From NCBI RefSeq assembly GCF_000018105.1, contig NC_009925.1:4950001-4982000 (forward strand): a stretch of DNA of 32,000 nucleotides, read 5' to 3'. Shown piece after piece: positions 9,296 through 18,641 of this stretch (positions are counted from its first letter, which is position 1; the number at the start of each line of letters is the position of its first letter). The position numbers and the translations under genes are program-made. This stretch comes from Acaryochloris marina MBIC11017. GTDB lineage: Bacteria; Cyanobacteriota; Cyanobacteriia; Thermosynechococcales; Thermosynechococcaceae. The notes beneath the pieces are model-generated. The model did not search any database. It saw only the letters and a program-made list of their open reading frames with translations, and had not been told where the DNA came from.

Positions 9296-9536
9296 GTTAA
9301 CCGCTCTAATCTTGGTAGCATAGGAATTACTAAAAATATTTGCGCTATCCCCAGTCTCTGAATGGACGGCCATACGATTGGGGTCTCTTCTAGGTTTGGC
9401 TATCCAGAGGGTACAAACGCCTAGTAATATCAGAAAGGAGCAATTTAATGCTCTATCTGTGCAAACCCCCTCTCATACGGGTTGGTGCCTGGGGTTAGTT
9501 GCTGTTGAGATAGGATTTATAAAGGAAATCGTAGTT

Positions 9537-10541
9537 ATGACCACTAAACCAGACCGTGTTGTTCTAATCGGCGTTGCCGGTGACTCTGGATGCGGTAAAT
9601 CTACTTTCCTGCGCCGACTGGAGGATCTGTTTGGGGAGCAATTCATCACGGTTATTTGCCTAGATGATTACCACAGCTTGGATCGTTATCAACGGAAGGA
9701 AACGGGGATTACTGCTCTAGACCCTAGAGCGAATAATTTTGATTTGATGTACGAGCAAATCAAAACCCTCAAAGGTGGTCAATCAATCGATAAGCCCATT
9801 TACAACCACGAAACAGGTCTCATTGATCCCCCTGAACGCATCGACCCCAACCACGTAATTGTGATTGAAGGTCTGCACCCTCTCCACGATGAGCGGGTTC
9901 GGGGGTTGATTGATTTCAGTGTCTATTTGGACATCAGCGATGAAGTCAAAATTGCCTGGAAGATTCAGCGAGACATGGCAGAGCGGGGTCATACCTATGA
10001 AGACGTTCTGGCCTCTATCAATGCTCGTCGTCCTGACTTTGAGGCTTATATTGATCCGCAAAAACAACATGCTGATGTTGTGATTCAGATCTTGCCGACA
10101 CAACTGCTGAAGGAAGAGAAGCCCGGCAGCATTCTGCGGGTCCGACTGATTCAAAAAGACGGTGTGCCTGATTTTGCCCCGGTCTATCTCTTTGATGAAG
10201 GATCAACTATCAATTGGGTGCCCTGTGGTCGCAAGTTAACTTGTTCTTACCCCGGTATTCGGATGGCCTATGGTCCTGACGATTACTACGGTAACGCCGT
10301 ATCTGTTCTAGAAGTAGACGGTCAATTCGAGAAGCTGGATGAGGTCATCTATATTGAAGGTCATCTCAGTAATACCTCTACTAAGTTTGAAGGTGAGATG
10401 ACGGAGTTGCTGCTCAAGCATCGGGATTACCCCGGATCTAACAATGGCTCTGGCTTGTTCCAGGTTATTGCTGGATTAAAGATGCGGGCGACCTATGAGA
10501 AGTTGACTGCAACCAAGACGTCAGAAACGGTTGGCGTGTAA
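9537..10541 (+). CDS. prk: Phosphoribulokinase
   Basis: MTTKPDRVVLIGVAGDSGCGKSTFLRRL (P-loop) and full-length similarity to cyanobacterial and plant PRK. The ATG at 9537 gives the expected 334 aa, so the ORF-track start at 9378 is a spurious extension. Confidence 0.95.
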   Translation: MTTKPDRVVLIGVAGDSGCGKSTFLRRLEDLFGEQFITVICLDDYHSLDRYQRKETGITALDPRANNFDLMYEQIKTLKGGQSIDKPIYNHETGLIDPPERIDPNHVIVIEGLHPLHDERVRGLIDFSVYLDISDEVKIAWKIQRDMAERGHTYEDVLASINARRPDFEAYIDPQKQHADVVIQILPTQLLKEEKPGSILRVRLIQKDGVPDFAPVYLFDEGSTINWVPCGRKLTCSYPGIRMAYGPDDYYGNAVSVLEVDGQFEKLDEVIYIEGHLSNTSTKFEGEMTELLLKHRDYPGSNNGSGLFQVIAGLKMRATYEKLTATKTSETVGV

Positions 10542-10569
10542 CACATTCCTATCTATAGATTTCTATATT

Positions 10570-10605
10570 CAGGTGTTGGGGCTGCTCTCAACGCCTGATT
10601 TTTTT
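10570..10605 (+). terminator. Rho-independent terminator downstream of prk
   Basis: Stem CAGGTGTTG (10570-10578) pairs with CAACGCCTG (10589-10597), with one G-U pair and a 10-nt loop. A T7 run follows. Confidence 0.6.
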
Positions 10606-10610
10606 ATGGG

Positions 10611-11366
10611 TTAACTAGACATTGGCATTGATAGTGTGTCCTGGCCATGGGGCAAAGACACCAACACATCTGCCAGGGGCTTGACCCGAGAGACATTGCT
10701 ATGGACATTGATCTGATACACGGTGGACGAGGACAGTTCCAGGGCTGTTAACCAACCACTGCCTGGATGGTAAGCGCCAGTATCAATCCCGAGCCAGCCT
10801 GCACCTTGAACGATTTGGCCAGGTTCAACCCCTGAGAATGTGAAGGTCATGGTATGGCCGGTAATAATCATTCTGTCTGGGAAATAGGGCTGTGGCATAT
10901 TGTGGAATTCCCGTCGAATCCAACAAAATTCCTGGGCCGTCTGACGTTCTAACGGCAGATCTGGGTTAATCCCAGCATGGACGAGCCAATAATCTCCTAA
11001 ATCGAGATGATTTGGCAGGGTTTTAATCCAACTCAAATGCTCCCAAAGATGCTGTTTGGAGCTGTAGCTTTGCAGGGTTTCTCGCCCCCCTGCCTGCAAC
11101 CACATTTGCAATACGGATGAATTTGGGGAAAGATTCGCCAAAGCCGCTACCATCAGCTGCTCATGATTTCCTAACAAACAGGTGTAAGACTGTTCTCGAA
11201 CAAAATCTACGACTTTAGAGCTATCAGGGCCTCGATCAATAAGGTCACCTAAAAAGTAGATTTGATCAGATTCGCCAATCTCAAGTAGGGATACTAGATC
11301 AAGTAACCCTTGATAGTGACCATGAATATCCCCGATGACAAATCGACGCAGTTGTTGTGCACTCAT
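10611..11366 (-). CDS. Metallophosphoesterase, PPP-family Ser/Thr phosphatase / ApaH-like
   Basis: Motifs GDIHG, GDLIDRGPDS and GNHE appear in canonical order. I prefer the ATG at 11366 over the TTG at 11372. Confidence 0.8.
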   Translation of the reverse strand: MSAQQLRRFVIGDIHGHYQGLLDLVSLLEIGESDQIYFLGDLIDRGPDSSKVVDFVREQSYTCLLGNHEQLMVAALANLSPNSSVLQMWLQAGGRETLQSYSSKQHLWEHLSWIKTLPNHLDLGDYWLVHAGINPDLPLERQTAQEFCWIRREFHNMPQPYFPDRMIITGHTMTFTFSGVEPGQIVQGAGWLGIDTGAYHPGSGWLTALELSSSTVYQINVHSNVSRVKPLADVLVSLPHGQDTLSMPMSS

Positions 11367-11581
11367 CCACAAATGCTATGCAAGGTCCAGGGGTAACAAT
11401 AGCCATGCTATACGTTGAAAAGACTAAAATCTAAAGACAAAATCGCTAAAACTACAGTTACCACTACTCACAAGTATGACTGATTTGAGGTTAATTCGAG
11501 TAGTTATTTCTTAAGTTGATTATTCATCTATCAACTTTATGTCTATGAGGGACTATAATCCACAACTTTAGAGGTATCCGG

Positions 11582-11941
11582 ATGGATTGTATACACTTGA
11601 ACGGCATCCGCAGCTACGGATACACAGGGTTTTTACCAGAAGAACAAGTTTTGGGGCAGTGGTTTGAAGTTGATTTAGTCTTGTGGGTAAATTTAGCCGC
11701 GGCTGGTAGGAGCGATCGCATTGAAGATACGGTGGATTATCGCCAAACTATTGAGCAGGTAAAACAGCTGATTCACCAGTCCAAATATGCGTTAATCGAG
11801 CGCCTAGCAACTGCCATCGCTGAACAGCTACTGCACCACTCCAGCCTTGAAAAGGTCAGCGTCAAACTGACGAAAGTTGCTGCTCCTATTCCTGACTTTT
11901 CGGGTCGTATCACCATCGAAATAACGCGAAACCGGTCTTGA
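11582..11941 (+). CDS. folB: Dihydroneopterin aldolase
   Basis: 119 aa. IHLNGIRSYGYTGFLPEEQVLGQWFEVDL...DRIEDTVDYRQ...IERLATAIA is typical of FolB. Confidence 0.85.
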   Translation: MDCIHLNGIRSYGYTGFLPEEQVLGQWFEVDLVLWVNLAAAGRSDRIEDTVDYRQTIEQVKQLIHQSKYALIERLATAIAEQLLHHSSLEKVSVKLTKVAAPIPDFSGRITIEITRNRS

Positions 11942-12102
11942 GTAAAACTTTTCGCCCTGTTCATTTTTCTAGAAGAGGTCACCTCAAATCTAAGGGTGGC
12001 GAGCTATCTTTACCTTGAAGAAATTGATACTATTGGCTACGAGTGCCAATGTTCAAAGACGTATGTACTCAACCCACAAAAATCACACGTAATATCATAT
12101 AC

Positions 12103-12130
12103 TTAATATAAAGTTACATTAAGGTACTTA
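12103..12130 (+). promoter_or_regulatory. Putative hli promoter: -10-like TTAATATA followed by an HLR1-like direct repeat GTTACATT-AA-GGTACTTA
   Basis: TTAATATA lies at 12103-12110. The repeat at 12113-12130 matches 14 of 16 HLR1 consensus positions and ends 16 nt before the HLIP ATG. Confidence 0.45.
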
Positions 12131-12145
12131 CGGAGCCTTCATCCT

Positions 12146-12304
12146 ATGAACCCATCAGATCCAGAACCAATGTGGGGCTTCACTGATTTTGCTGAAAACT
12201 TCAGCGGTCGCCTTGCAATGCTTGGTTTTTTCCTAGGCTTTGTTACTGAAGTCATTTCTGGCGAAGGAATGCTTGCACAAATTCTTTCCCTATTTAGTTA
12301 CTAA
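12146..12304 (+). CDS. hli: High-light-inducible protein (HLIP / one-helix CAB-like protein), 52 aa
   Basis: Absent from the ORF track because it is under 60 aa. It translates to MNPSDPEPMWGFTDFAENFSGRLAMLGFFLGFVTEVISGEGMLAQILSLFSY and carries the CAB motif E-N-x-x-G-R-x-A-M-x-G-F followed by a single TM helix. Confidence 0.8.
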   Translation: MNPSDPEPMWGFTDFAENFSGRLAMLGFFLGFVTEVISGEGMLAQILSLFSY

Positions 12305-12395
12305 AGCTTAGTAGCACAACTGTGTGACTCTTCTCATTGAGAAGCAGCATCGCTGCCATTCTCTAGCTGATTAGCCAATTTCTATCAAACTTTCA

Positions 12396-12430
12396 ATATC
12401 TTTGCTCGCTTTGAGTAAGGATATTTTTTT
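12396..12430 (+). terminator. Rho-independent terminator downstream of hli
   Basis: A 12-bp stem, ATATCTTTGCTC (12396-12407) with GAGTAAGGATAT (12412-12423), has two G-U pairs and a GCTT loop. It runs into a T8 tract ending at 12430. Confidence 0.65.
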
Positions 12431-12640
12431 TGCCAGCGATTATCCAGACATGGGGGGCAATCCTCGGCCCATATTCAACACCAGCATCATTACTTAGAGA
12501 TTGGAACTTCGACTCTAGATAGAAACGGTTAATGCCCTAATCGTCTTCATGTTTAGGGTGTATTGCCCATATATCGACGATTGTGATCCCAATATATGAA
12601 CTGTCAACTCCTGTCCTAATCCATATAAACAGGAATTCGA

Positions 12641-12689
12641 TTGACGATTTGTAACAAAAACGTTAATATAGTTTACATAACGTTACAAA
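12641..12689 (+). promoter_or_regulatory. Putative ftsH promoter with a consensus-perfect HLR1 (RpaB-type) element
   Basis: -35 TTGACG (12641-12646), a 17-nt spacer, -10 TAATAT (12664-12669), then TTTACATA-AC-GTTACAAA (12672-12689), a 16 of 16 match to the HLR1 consensus. It lies about 200 nt upstream of the ftsH ATG. Confidence 0.55.
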
Positions 12690-12891
12690 AATCATTTCGT
12701 TGTGGTCAGTATTGATGTCCATCCACTATTCAACTTTAGAAAAGGCGTCTTTACACTCTGCCTCTAGTTTTTCTGCCATTGAATAAGCCGCAATGCTAGC
12801 CAAGTTTGAGTCAAGCCCCATCTAATCACAATTAGTAACCTCATCTTTTAGTAGAAACATTTCAAAACTCTATCCCCAAAGGAAAGCCACA

Positions 12892-14787
12892 ATGCCAGTC
12901 AATGAAAAGCCTCAACGTCCACGACCGAATCCCATCACCAGTATTTTGCTGTTTGTCCCTGCAATTCTGCTGATAGTGAACCTAGTTGTTCCTTTTATTA
13001 CAGGACCACGCATTCCCAAAGTGCCCTATAGCTTCTTCCTTGAGCAAGTTCAAGATGAAGAAGTCGCCAGAGTTTCGGTTGGCCAGGACATTATTCGGTA
13101 TCAAATCAAAAATGCGGATGATCAAGCAGGACAACTCTTAGAAACCACTCCGATATTCGACCTAGAGCTGCCCAAGCTTCTGGAATCCAAAGGCGTCGAA
13201 TTCGCTGCCACCCCACCCCCCAGCAACCGCTGGTTCACCACCTTACTGAGTTGGGTTATTCCCCCCGTCATCTTCGTCGCCATCTTCCAATTCTTTAGTC
13301 GAGGTGGCATCGGTGGTGGTGGTCCCCAAGGAGCCCTCTCCGTCACCAAAAACAAAGCCAAAGTCTACGTCGAAGGCGATGACAACAAAGTCACCTTTGA
13401 TGACGTCGCAGGCGTTGAAGAATCCAAAACCGAACTTGAAGAAATCGTCGAATTCCTCAAATCTCCCCAACGCTTCACCGAAATTGGAGCCAAGATTCCC
13501 AAAGGTGTCCTTCTTGTAGGCCCTCCCGGAACTGGTAAAACCTTAATGGCCAAAGCCGTTGCTGGCGAAGCAGGCGTTCCCTTCTTCAGTATCTCTGGTT
13601 CAGAATTTGTGGAACTGTTTGTCGGTACCGGTGCTGCTCGAGTCCGTGACCTGTTCGAACAAGCTAAAAAGAAAGCTCCTTGCATCATCTTTATTGACGA
13701 ACTTGATGCCATCGGTAAATCTCGAGCAGGTGGAAATGGCTTCGTTGGTGGTAATGACGAACGCGAGCAAACCCTCAATCAGCTGCTCACCGAAATGGAT
13801 GGCTTTGGAGCCGGAGATGCCACCGTTATCGTCCTAGCTGCTACCAACCGTCCTGAAACCTTAGACCCCGCCCTTCTGCGTCCCGGTCGCTTTGACCGCC
13901 AAGTCCTCGTCGACCGTCCCGACCTCAGCGGTCGTCTGGCCATCCTGGAAATCTACGCCAAGAAAGTCAAACTGGGTGACAACGTCGACCTTAAAGCCAT
14001 GGCTACCCGTACCCCAGGCTTTGCTGGAGCAGACCTCGCTAACTTAGTGAATGAAGCCGCCCTACTTGCTGCTCGTCGAGACAGCAAGGTCGTTGAGACT
14101 CAAGACTTTGCCGAAGCCATTGAGCGCGTCGTTGCTGGACTAGAGAAAAAGAGCCGTGTCCTCAACGACAAAGAGAAGAAGATTGTCGCTTATCACGAAG
14201 TTGGTCATGCCCTCGTTGGCGCCAAGATGTCTGGAACTGACCAAGTCGAGAAGATATCTATCGTTCCCCGCGGCATGGCAGCCCTAGGCTACACCCTCCA
14301 GGTGCCGACAGAAGATCGGTTCTTATTGAATGAGTCAGAACTCAAAGGTCAAATTGCCACACTCTTAGGTGGACGAGCTGCAGAAGAAGTCATCTTTGGC
14401 AGCATCACTACCGGAGCCTCCAATGACTTACAGCGAGCCACGGACTTAGCCGAGCAAATGGTCACCTCCTATGGCATGAGTGAAGTGTTAGGGCCCCTGG
14501 CTTATGACAAAGGTCAGCAGAATAACTTCCTCGGTGGCGGTATGAATGCGAGACGAATGGTGAGTGATGAAACGGCTAAGGCCATTGATAAGGAAGTCAA
14601 GGGCATTGTCGAAACCGCTCATCAGGAAGCTCTGAGTATTCTCAAGGAGAATAAGGAACTGTTGGAGACCATCTCTGAGCAGCTACTGGAGTCAGAGGTG
14701 ATTGAAGGCGAAGGTCTGCGACAGATGCTGGCTAAGGTTTATCCTGAATCCCATGTCCAGACTACTGAAGAGCCCGTAGCGGTCTAA
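12892..14787 (+). CDS. ftsH: ATP-dependent zinc metalloprotease FtsH
   Basis: Two N-terminal TM helices, Walker A GPPGTGKT, Walker B IIFIDELD, the SRH region and the zinc site HEVGHA. 631 aa. Confidence 0.95.
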   Translation: MPVNEKPQRPRPNPITSILLFVPAILLIVNLVVPFITGPRIPKVPYSFFLEQVQDEEVARVSVGQDIIRYQIKNADDQAGQLLETTPIFDLELPKLLESKGVEFAATPPPSNRWFTTLLSWVIPPVIFVAIFQFFSRGGIGGGGPQGALSVTKNKAKVYVEGDDNKVTFDDVAGVEESKTELEEIVEFLKSPQRFTEIGAKIPKGVLLVGPPGTGKTLMAKAVAGEAGVPFFSISGSEFVELFVGTGAARVRDLFEQAKKKAPCIIFIDELDAIGKSRAGGNGFVGGNDEREQTLNQLLTEMDGFGAGDATVIVLAATNRPETLDPALLRPGRFDRQVLVDRPDLSGRLAILEIYAKKVKLGDNVDLKAMATRTPGFAGADLANLVNEAALLAARRDSKVVETQDFAEAIERVVAGLEKKSRVLNDKEKKIVAYHEVGHALVGAKMSGTDQVEKISIVPRGMAALGYTLQVPTEDRFLLNESELKGQIATLLGGRAAEEVIFGSITTGASNDLQRATDLAEQMVTSYGMSEVLGPLAYDKGQQNNFLGGGMNARRMVSDETAKAIDKEVKGIVETAHQEALSILKENKELLETISEQLLESEVIEGEGLRQMLAKVYPESHVQTTEEPVAV

Positions 14788-14815
14788 GTTGATATAGAAA
14801 AACATTCCTTTGGGT

Positions 14816-14843
14816 GGCCCCATGCTTAGCATGGGGCCTTTTT
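14816..14843 (+). terminator. Rho-independent terminator downstream of ftsH
   Basis: A perfect 10-bp stem, GGCCCCATGC (14816-14825) with GCATGGGGCC (14829-14838), has a TTA loop and is followed by TTTTT. Confidence 0.8.
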
Positions 14844-14989
14844 CGATCGAGATGTGATTCAGAAAACTTTTTCTGTTGTCAGTATTTGCAGACAATTAGG
14901 TAGATCTAGATGAACGCTTTACAGTTGATTCCACAAAGTGGTAACCCATAAATAGGCGCGTGCATTACTTATAAACAAGGAAGGTTAAT

Positions 14990-15352
14990 ATGACTGCGAA
15001 CGAAACCATGGCTCCGGACTTTCTGTTCCTCGCTTTCATAGCAGCTGTTATTCTCATTATTTTTTTACAATCTCGTTCAATTGTTAAACAGCAAGTTACG
15101 GAGAAAGAACTAGAAGAAACCCAAGATCAAATTTCGTCATTAACTAGCCAGATTGACAATATGACGGAAAATCGAGAACAACTCGCGGAGGCGGTGCAAA
15201 AAACCCAAGAAAAACTGGTCGTTATGTTTATGGCATTAGAAGAGTCGAAACAGATAGCTGGCCTTTTACCACAGGTGGAAGGCGATCAGCCTAATCTATT
15301 GGAAGGTGTGAAAGAGCAATTTGCAGGCATTCTTGAGCAACAAGACGATTGA
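14990..15352 (+). CDS. Hypothetical single-TM protein with a coiled-coil-like acidic C-terminal region
   Basis: AAGGAAGG precedes the ATG at 14990. It has an N-terminal TM helix (FLFLAFIAAVILIIFL) followed by an E/Q-rich heptad-like sequence. Confidence 0.5.
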   Translation: MTANETMAPDFLFLAFIAAVILIIFLQSRSIVKQQVTEKELEETQDQISSLTSQIDNMTENREQLAEAVQKTQEKLVVMFMALEESKQIAGLLPQVEGDQPNLLEGVKEQFAGILEQQDD

Positions 15353-15435
15353 TCAAAATATCCATTTCAGTCTTGCTTCGCAATTTTGCTGGCAGGGTGA
15401 CGGGTACAACTTACTGGAATTCAACCAATCAATGA

Positions 15436-15461
15436 GGCTGGGAAGTAGACGCTTTCCAGCC
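15436..15461. terminator. Hairpin between convergent genes (possible bidirectional terminator)
   Basis: GGCTGGGAA (15436-15444) pairs with TTTCCAGCC (15453-15461) with one G-U pair and an 8-nt loop. The flanks are only moderately T-rich. Confidence 0.35.
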
Positions 15462-15478
15462 TTCCTGTTAGATAGCCA

Positions 15479-16117
15479 TTAAAAGTTCAAAGCTAGTTGA
15501 TGAATCATTTGGGTTGCCTTAGCCAGAGAGTGCTCTCGTTCAAGGGCTGATGCTAATTGGTCAGCATGAATATATGAAATATCAGTCAGCCCTATAACCT
15601 TAAAAATGGCACTGAGATATGGTTCTAGAAAATCTCGATCTTCTCGTCCTGACCCCACTCGGTAATTATATTTTCGGGTAGTAATCACTAAAAGTTTTTT
15701 GTTCGCTAGTTGTCCTTGGGGGATGCCATTGACGATTTGCAAGGTGCGATCGCGTCTAAATACCTGATCTAGATACGCTTTAAACGTAGACGGCACCGTT
15801 AGGTTGTACATGGGTATCCCCATCACATAGCAGTCGGCGGCGAACAGCTCATCGATCAGGGTATCGGAGAGTGCGATCGCAGCCTGCATCTCAGCTGTAC
15901 GTTCCTCCGGTTCAGATTCATAAGCTGCAACCCAAGTCTCATCAATATGGGGGATGGGGAAACGGCCAATATCGCGATAAATGATCTGGTGATGGGGGTT
16001 GGCCTGTTGCCATTGAGAGACAAATTTTTGGGTAAGCTGGCGGGAGTAAGAGCCTTGGACGCGGGCACTCACATCCATGTGGAGTAAGCAACGGGGCTTG
16101 GAGTCTGGAGAAAGCAT
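15479..16117 (-). CDS. azoR: FMN-dependent NADH-azoreductase (AzoR / ACP phosphodiesterase family)
   Basis: The flavodoxin-like N-terminus LLHMDVSARVQGSYSRQLT, plus MGIPMYNLTVPSTFKAYLDQV, is typical of AzoR. Confidence 0.8.
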   Translation of the reverse strand: MLSPDSKPRCLLHMDVSARVQGSYSRQLTQKFVSQWQQANPHHQIIYRDIGRFPIPHIDETWVAAYESEPEERTAEMQAAIALSDTLIDELFAADCYVMGIPMYNLTVPSTFKAYLDQVFRRDRTLQIVNGIPQGQLANKKLLVITTRKYNYRVGSGREDRDFLEPYLSAIFKVIGLTDISYIHADQLASALEREHSLAKATQMIHQLALNF

Positions 16118-16254
16118 ACCTAACAGTCTACTTCTCTTGCCAAAATTAAGAATTGTAGTTAATAGAACCTGAAGATGTCGAGACAGTGCAAGTCTATTGG
16201 GTGGGATAACTAATCTCAGAGTAAGAGTCGTTGGTTCAACAGGAGTGACGTTGA

Positions 16255-16671
16255 GTGTTCAATACCATCCTGGTCGCCTTAGATAGCCCTGAAATTTCTG
16301 AACGGGTCATGCTGGCTCTCAAAAGTTTCCAATTGGATACTGTGGGGAACGTGATTCTTACTCACGTCATTTCTACCAACGAAACAGGGGAAGAACAGCC
16401 TGCAGATCGCCCTTACTCCGATCCACAAGGCGTATTTCGGCATATCGAAGAAGAACTACAAACCTATAAAGCATCACTACCCTGTGACAGTAGCTTAGAA
16501 ATCGTAACGGGTGATCCAGCCGAAGAAATTATTCGGGTCGCCAATATTTATGAAGCCGATTTGATCCTCATTGGTAGTCGAGGACTCACAGGAGTTACGC
16601 GAATTCTCCAACGTTCCGTCAGTAGCCAAGTGGTCAGTGATGCCTCCTGCTCAGTAATGGTGGTGCGCTAA
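16255..16671 (+). CDS. Universal stress protein (UspA family)
   Basis: AGGAG lies about 10 nt upstream of the GTG at 16255. FNTILVALD...ADLILIGSRGLTGVTRILQRSVSSQVVSDASCSVMVV is the Usp ATP-binding C-terminal signature. Confidence 0.8.
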   Translation: MFNTILVALDSPEISERVMLALKSFQLDTVGNVILTHVISTNETGEEQPADRPYSDPQGVFRHIEEELQTYKASLPCDSSLEIVTGDPAEEIIRVANIYEADLILIGSRGLTGVTRILQRSVSSQVVSDASCSVMVVR

Positions 16672-17060
16672 AGGCTAGATTGCCGCCATTCCAAGAAGGC
16701 TTTTAGCCGCAAAAGCGTCAAACTCTGACCAGCATTGAGGGGTAGCAAGGAAACACCCTCTAGACGAGACTGCACCCATCTTTCGCCCCAAGACCATTCT
16801 TGAAAGCCATCCACGCCTTTGCTCAAGATGAAACGTATGGTGTTGCTATCCACCACATCTATATGGTGCTGAATTTCGACGGGACCCAACCAACTAGTAA
16901 AGACGACTCCTGGTTTTAAGGTTGTGGGCAAATCATCAGAAAAGGTCTGGGGCCATAGCCACTGTTTAATTTGTGATCCTTTGGTTAAGGCATCTTGCAA
17001 GGCTGCTTCAGAGGCATTAATTTCAATTCTGAGCTTACTGGTTTGAAAACTGCCAAACAT
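16668..17060 (-). CDS. Hypothetical protein, 130 aa (possibly SRPBCC-fold)
   Basis: Clean ATG ORF. The fold suggestion rests only on size and the alternating beta-like pattern. The stop overlaps the usp stop by 4 nt in convergent orientation. Confidence 0.5.
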   Translation of the reverse strand: MFGSFQTSKLRIEINASEAALQDALTKGSQIKQWLWPQTFSDDLPTTLKPGVVFTSWLGPVEIQHHIDVVDSNTIRFILSKGVDGFQEWSWGERWVQSRLEGVSLLPLNAGQSLTLLRLKAFLEWRQSSL

Positions 17061-17353
17061 AGGGATTATGTCAAAAATAGATCGGGTTGGTTTATCTAAT
17101 CTGAGTTATGGATCAGGGAAGAATGAACTAATACTGAAAAATCAGTAGTCCTCTCAATATAGGTTAACCCTATGTATCGCTTAGAAGCTCTGCTTTGAGC
17201 AATATCACTAAGTCTTTTAACCACTTTGGATTCAGCTACAGTCAGAAATACTCATATTTGAACAGACCGACTGTTTAGAGTTCAAGGAGCTATCAACTGG
17301 CTGCATATTAGGAGGAAATTTACCTCCTGATCATAGTAAGGAGAAATATCAGA

Positions 17354-17641
17354 ATGGATTCCAAGCATCTGATCTTGCAAAAGCATGAATGGATTAGACG
17401 TTTTCTATCCGCTAAAGACAACACCATTACTGCTGAGATTAATATTATTGGTCACACTCACAATGGTTACCTTTTGGGTTTCCAAGAGGCCCATCGCACT
17501 TGTTATTTAGCAGACGATGACTATGAATTCATCATCTTTAATTCAGGTAAAGGGAATCATCGGGCATCATTTGCCTCCATGGAAAAGTGGCTCAACGAAA
17601 ATGAAATTAGTGATTATGAACTCATGGTTCGGATACATTAG
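17354..17641 (+). CDS. Hypothetical small protein, 95 aa
   Basis: A strong AAGGAG at 17338-17343 lies 10 nt before the ATG. The region is AT-rich and I recognise no family. Confidence 0.5.
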   Translation: MDSKHLILQKHEWIRRFLSAKDNTITAEINIIGHTHNGYLLGFQEAHRTCYLADDDYEFIIFNSGKGNHRASFASMEKWLNENEISDYELMVRIH

Positions 17642-17732
17642 CCGAATGTTCAAAACACCTAATAAAGCGCCGGAGAAGGCTTATATTAACCGCTCACCAA
17701 CGGTAGACAATTGCTCGGACTAGGGGGAATTT

Positions 17733-18083
17733 ATGTCATCACCAAAGACTCATTGCATCGATTGTAATGTTGAGATTCTCCAGTCAACCTACGATTATAA
17801 TTGCGGCTATTGTGGTAAGTGCTACAAGAGAGAAATTCGTAAGGATGCATTAAAAAAAGCAAATTTGAATGCCAACAAAGCTATTGAGATAGCTGAAAAA
17901 CATCTCTATGGTGAGCAGGTGGGTAAGCTTGATGCAGATCATGTATATTTTGACTACAACGAACGTGATGGAGGGCGTTGGGTTGTTTCTGTAAGCTTTG
18001 GATGGGAAAATACTGATCCTGATAGATTTTTCGTCATTATTGACGATGAATCTGAGGAGGTTGATATTCCTCAAGTTTTGTAA
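17733..18083 (+). CDS. Hypothetical protein with an N-terminal zinc-ribbon-like Cys cluster, 116 aa
   Basis: CIDC-N12-CGYCGKC lies near the N-terminus, followed by a small alpha/beta-looking acidic domain. A G-rich RBS (GGGGGA) precedes the ATG. Confidence 0.55.
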   Translation: MSSPKTHCIDCNVEILQSTYDYNCGYCGKCYKREIRKDALKKANLNANKAIEIAEKHLYGEQVGKLDADHVYFDYNERDGGRWVVSVSFGWENTDPDRFFVIIDDESEEVDIPQVL

Positions 18084-18230
18084 CCATTAGATTCCAGATT
18101 GGATATCTTATTCAAGTCCAGCGTCGAATGAATCTTCCCCCATTATATCGGGTCAAAAATACCCGTTGATTTGGTGTTTCCTAACCCTGCACTGAAGTGG
18201 ATACGATTATCGTGCGTTGATCACTTAATA

Positions 18231-18641
18231 ATGGAACTAGATCAAGCACTCGTCGATGCTGCCATTGAACTTTTAGAAAAGCATTTTCCTGGTGAAGAAG
18301 GAATCGCTGCGGCTATGTACACCGAAGATAGGGAAGTCTTAACCAGTATATTTTTCGAACCTGAATGGGGCAGTGGAATGCTATGTGCTGAAACGGGTGC
18401 GATTTGTGGAGCGGAGAAATTAGGTAAACGTATCATTGCCTCTGTTTGTGTTTCCAGACAAACAGGTACTTCGCCCATTGTGATCTTGACGCCTTGCGGT
18501 ATTTGTCAGGAACGTCTGTTTCATTGGGGGCAAGACGTAGAAGTGGCAGTTCCCACTATTGACGATGCCACCCAGTGGGAGGTTAAGACCTTGAAAGAGG
18601 TCCAACCTTATTATTGGGGTAATGCTTTTAAAAAAATATGA
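18231..18641 (+). CDS. Cytidine deaminase-fold protein, blasticidin-S deaminase-like
   Basis: The zinc and catalytic motifs CAE (LCAETGAICGA) and PCGxC (TPCGICQERL) are present. Overall collinearity with the BSD selection-marker protein as I remember it includes the C-terminal LKEVQPYYWG versus ELLPSGYVWEG. The ATG at 18231 gives 136 aa. Confidence 0.75.
   Translation: MELDQALVDAAIELLEKHFPGEEGIAAAMYTEDREVLTSIFFEPEWGSGMLCAETGAICGAEKLGKRIIASVCVSRQTGTSPIVILTPCGICQERLFHWGQDVEVAVPTIDDATQWEVKTLKEVQPYYWGNAFKKI

Noticed and set aside
9378-9536. Long N-terminal extensions proposed by the ORF track for prk (9378); similar cases are ntrc (8858), the deaminase (18171), the RHH gene (24408), DUF1501 (31144) and others
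   Set aside because: The extensions begin at TTG or GTG codons and add non-homologous sequence ahead of the canonical N-termini, for example the PRK P-loop. Internal ATG codons give proteins of the expected lengths.
13122-13837. Several 70-137-codon ORFs in alternative frames and on the opposite strand inside ftsH
   Set aside because: They lie entirely within a confidently identified, highly conserved CDS. Their low-complexity translations (P/S/T/K runs) are what a codon-biased gene produces when read off-frame.
16668-16671. A 4-nt convergent overlap of the usp stop and the stop of the 130-aa ORF, as something functional
   Set aside because: Tail-to-tail overlaps of a few bases are common in compact genomes, and I see no associated structure.
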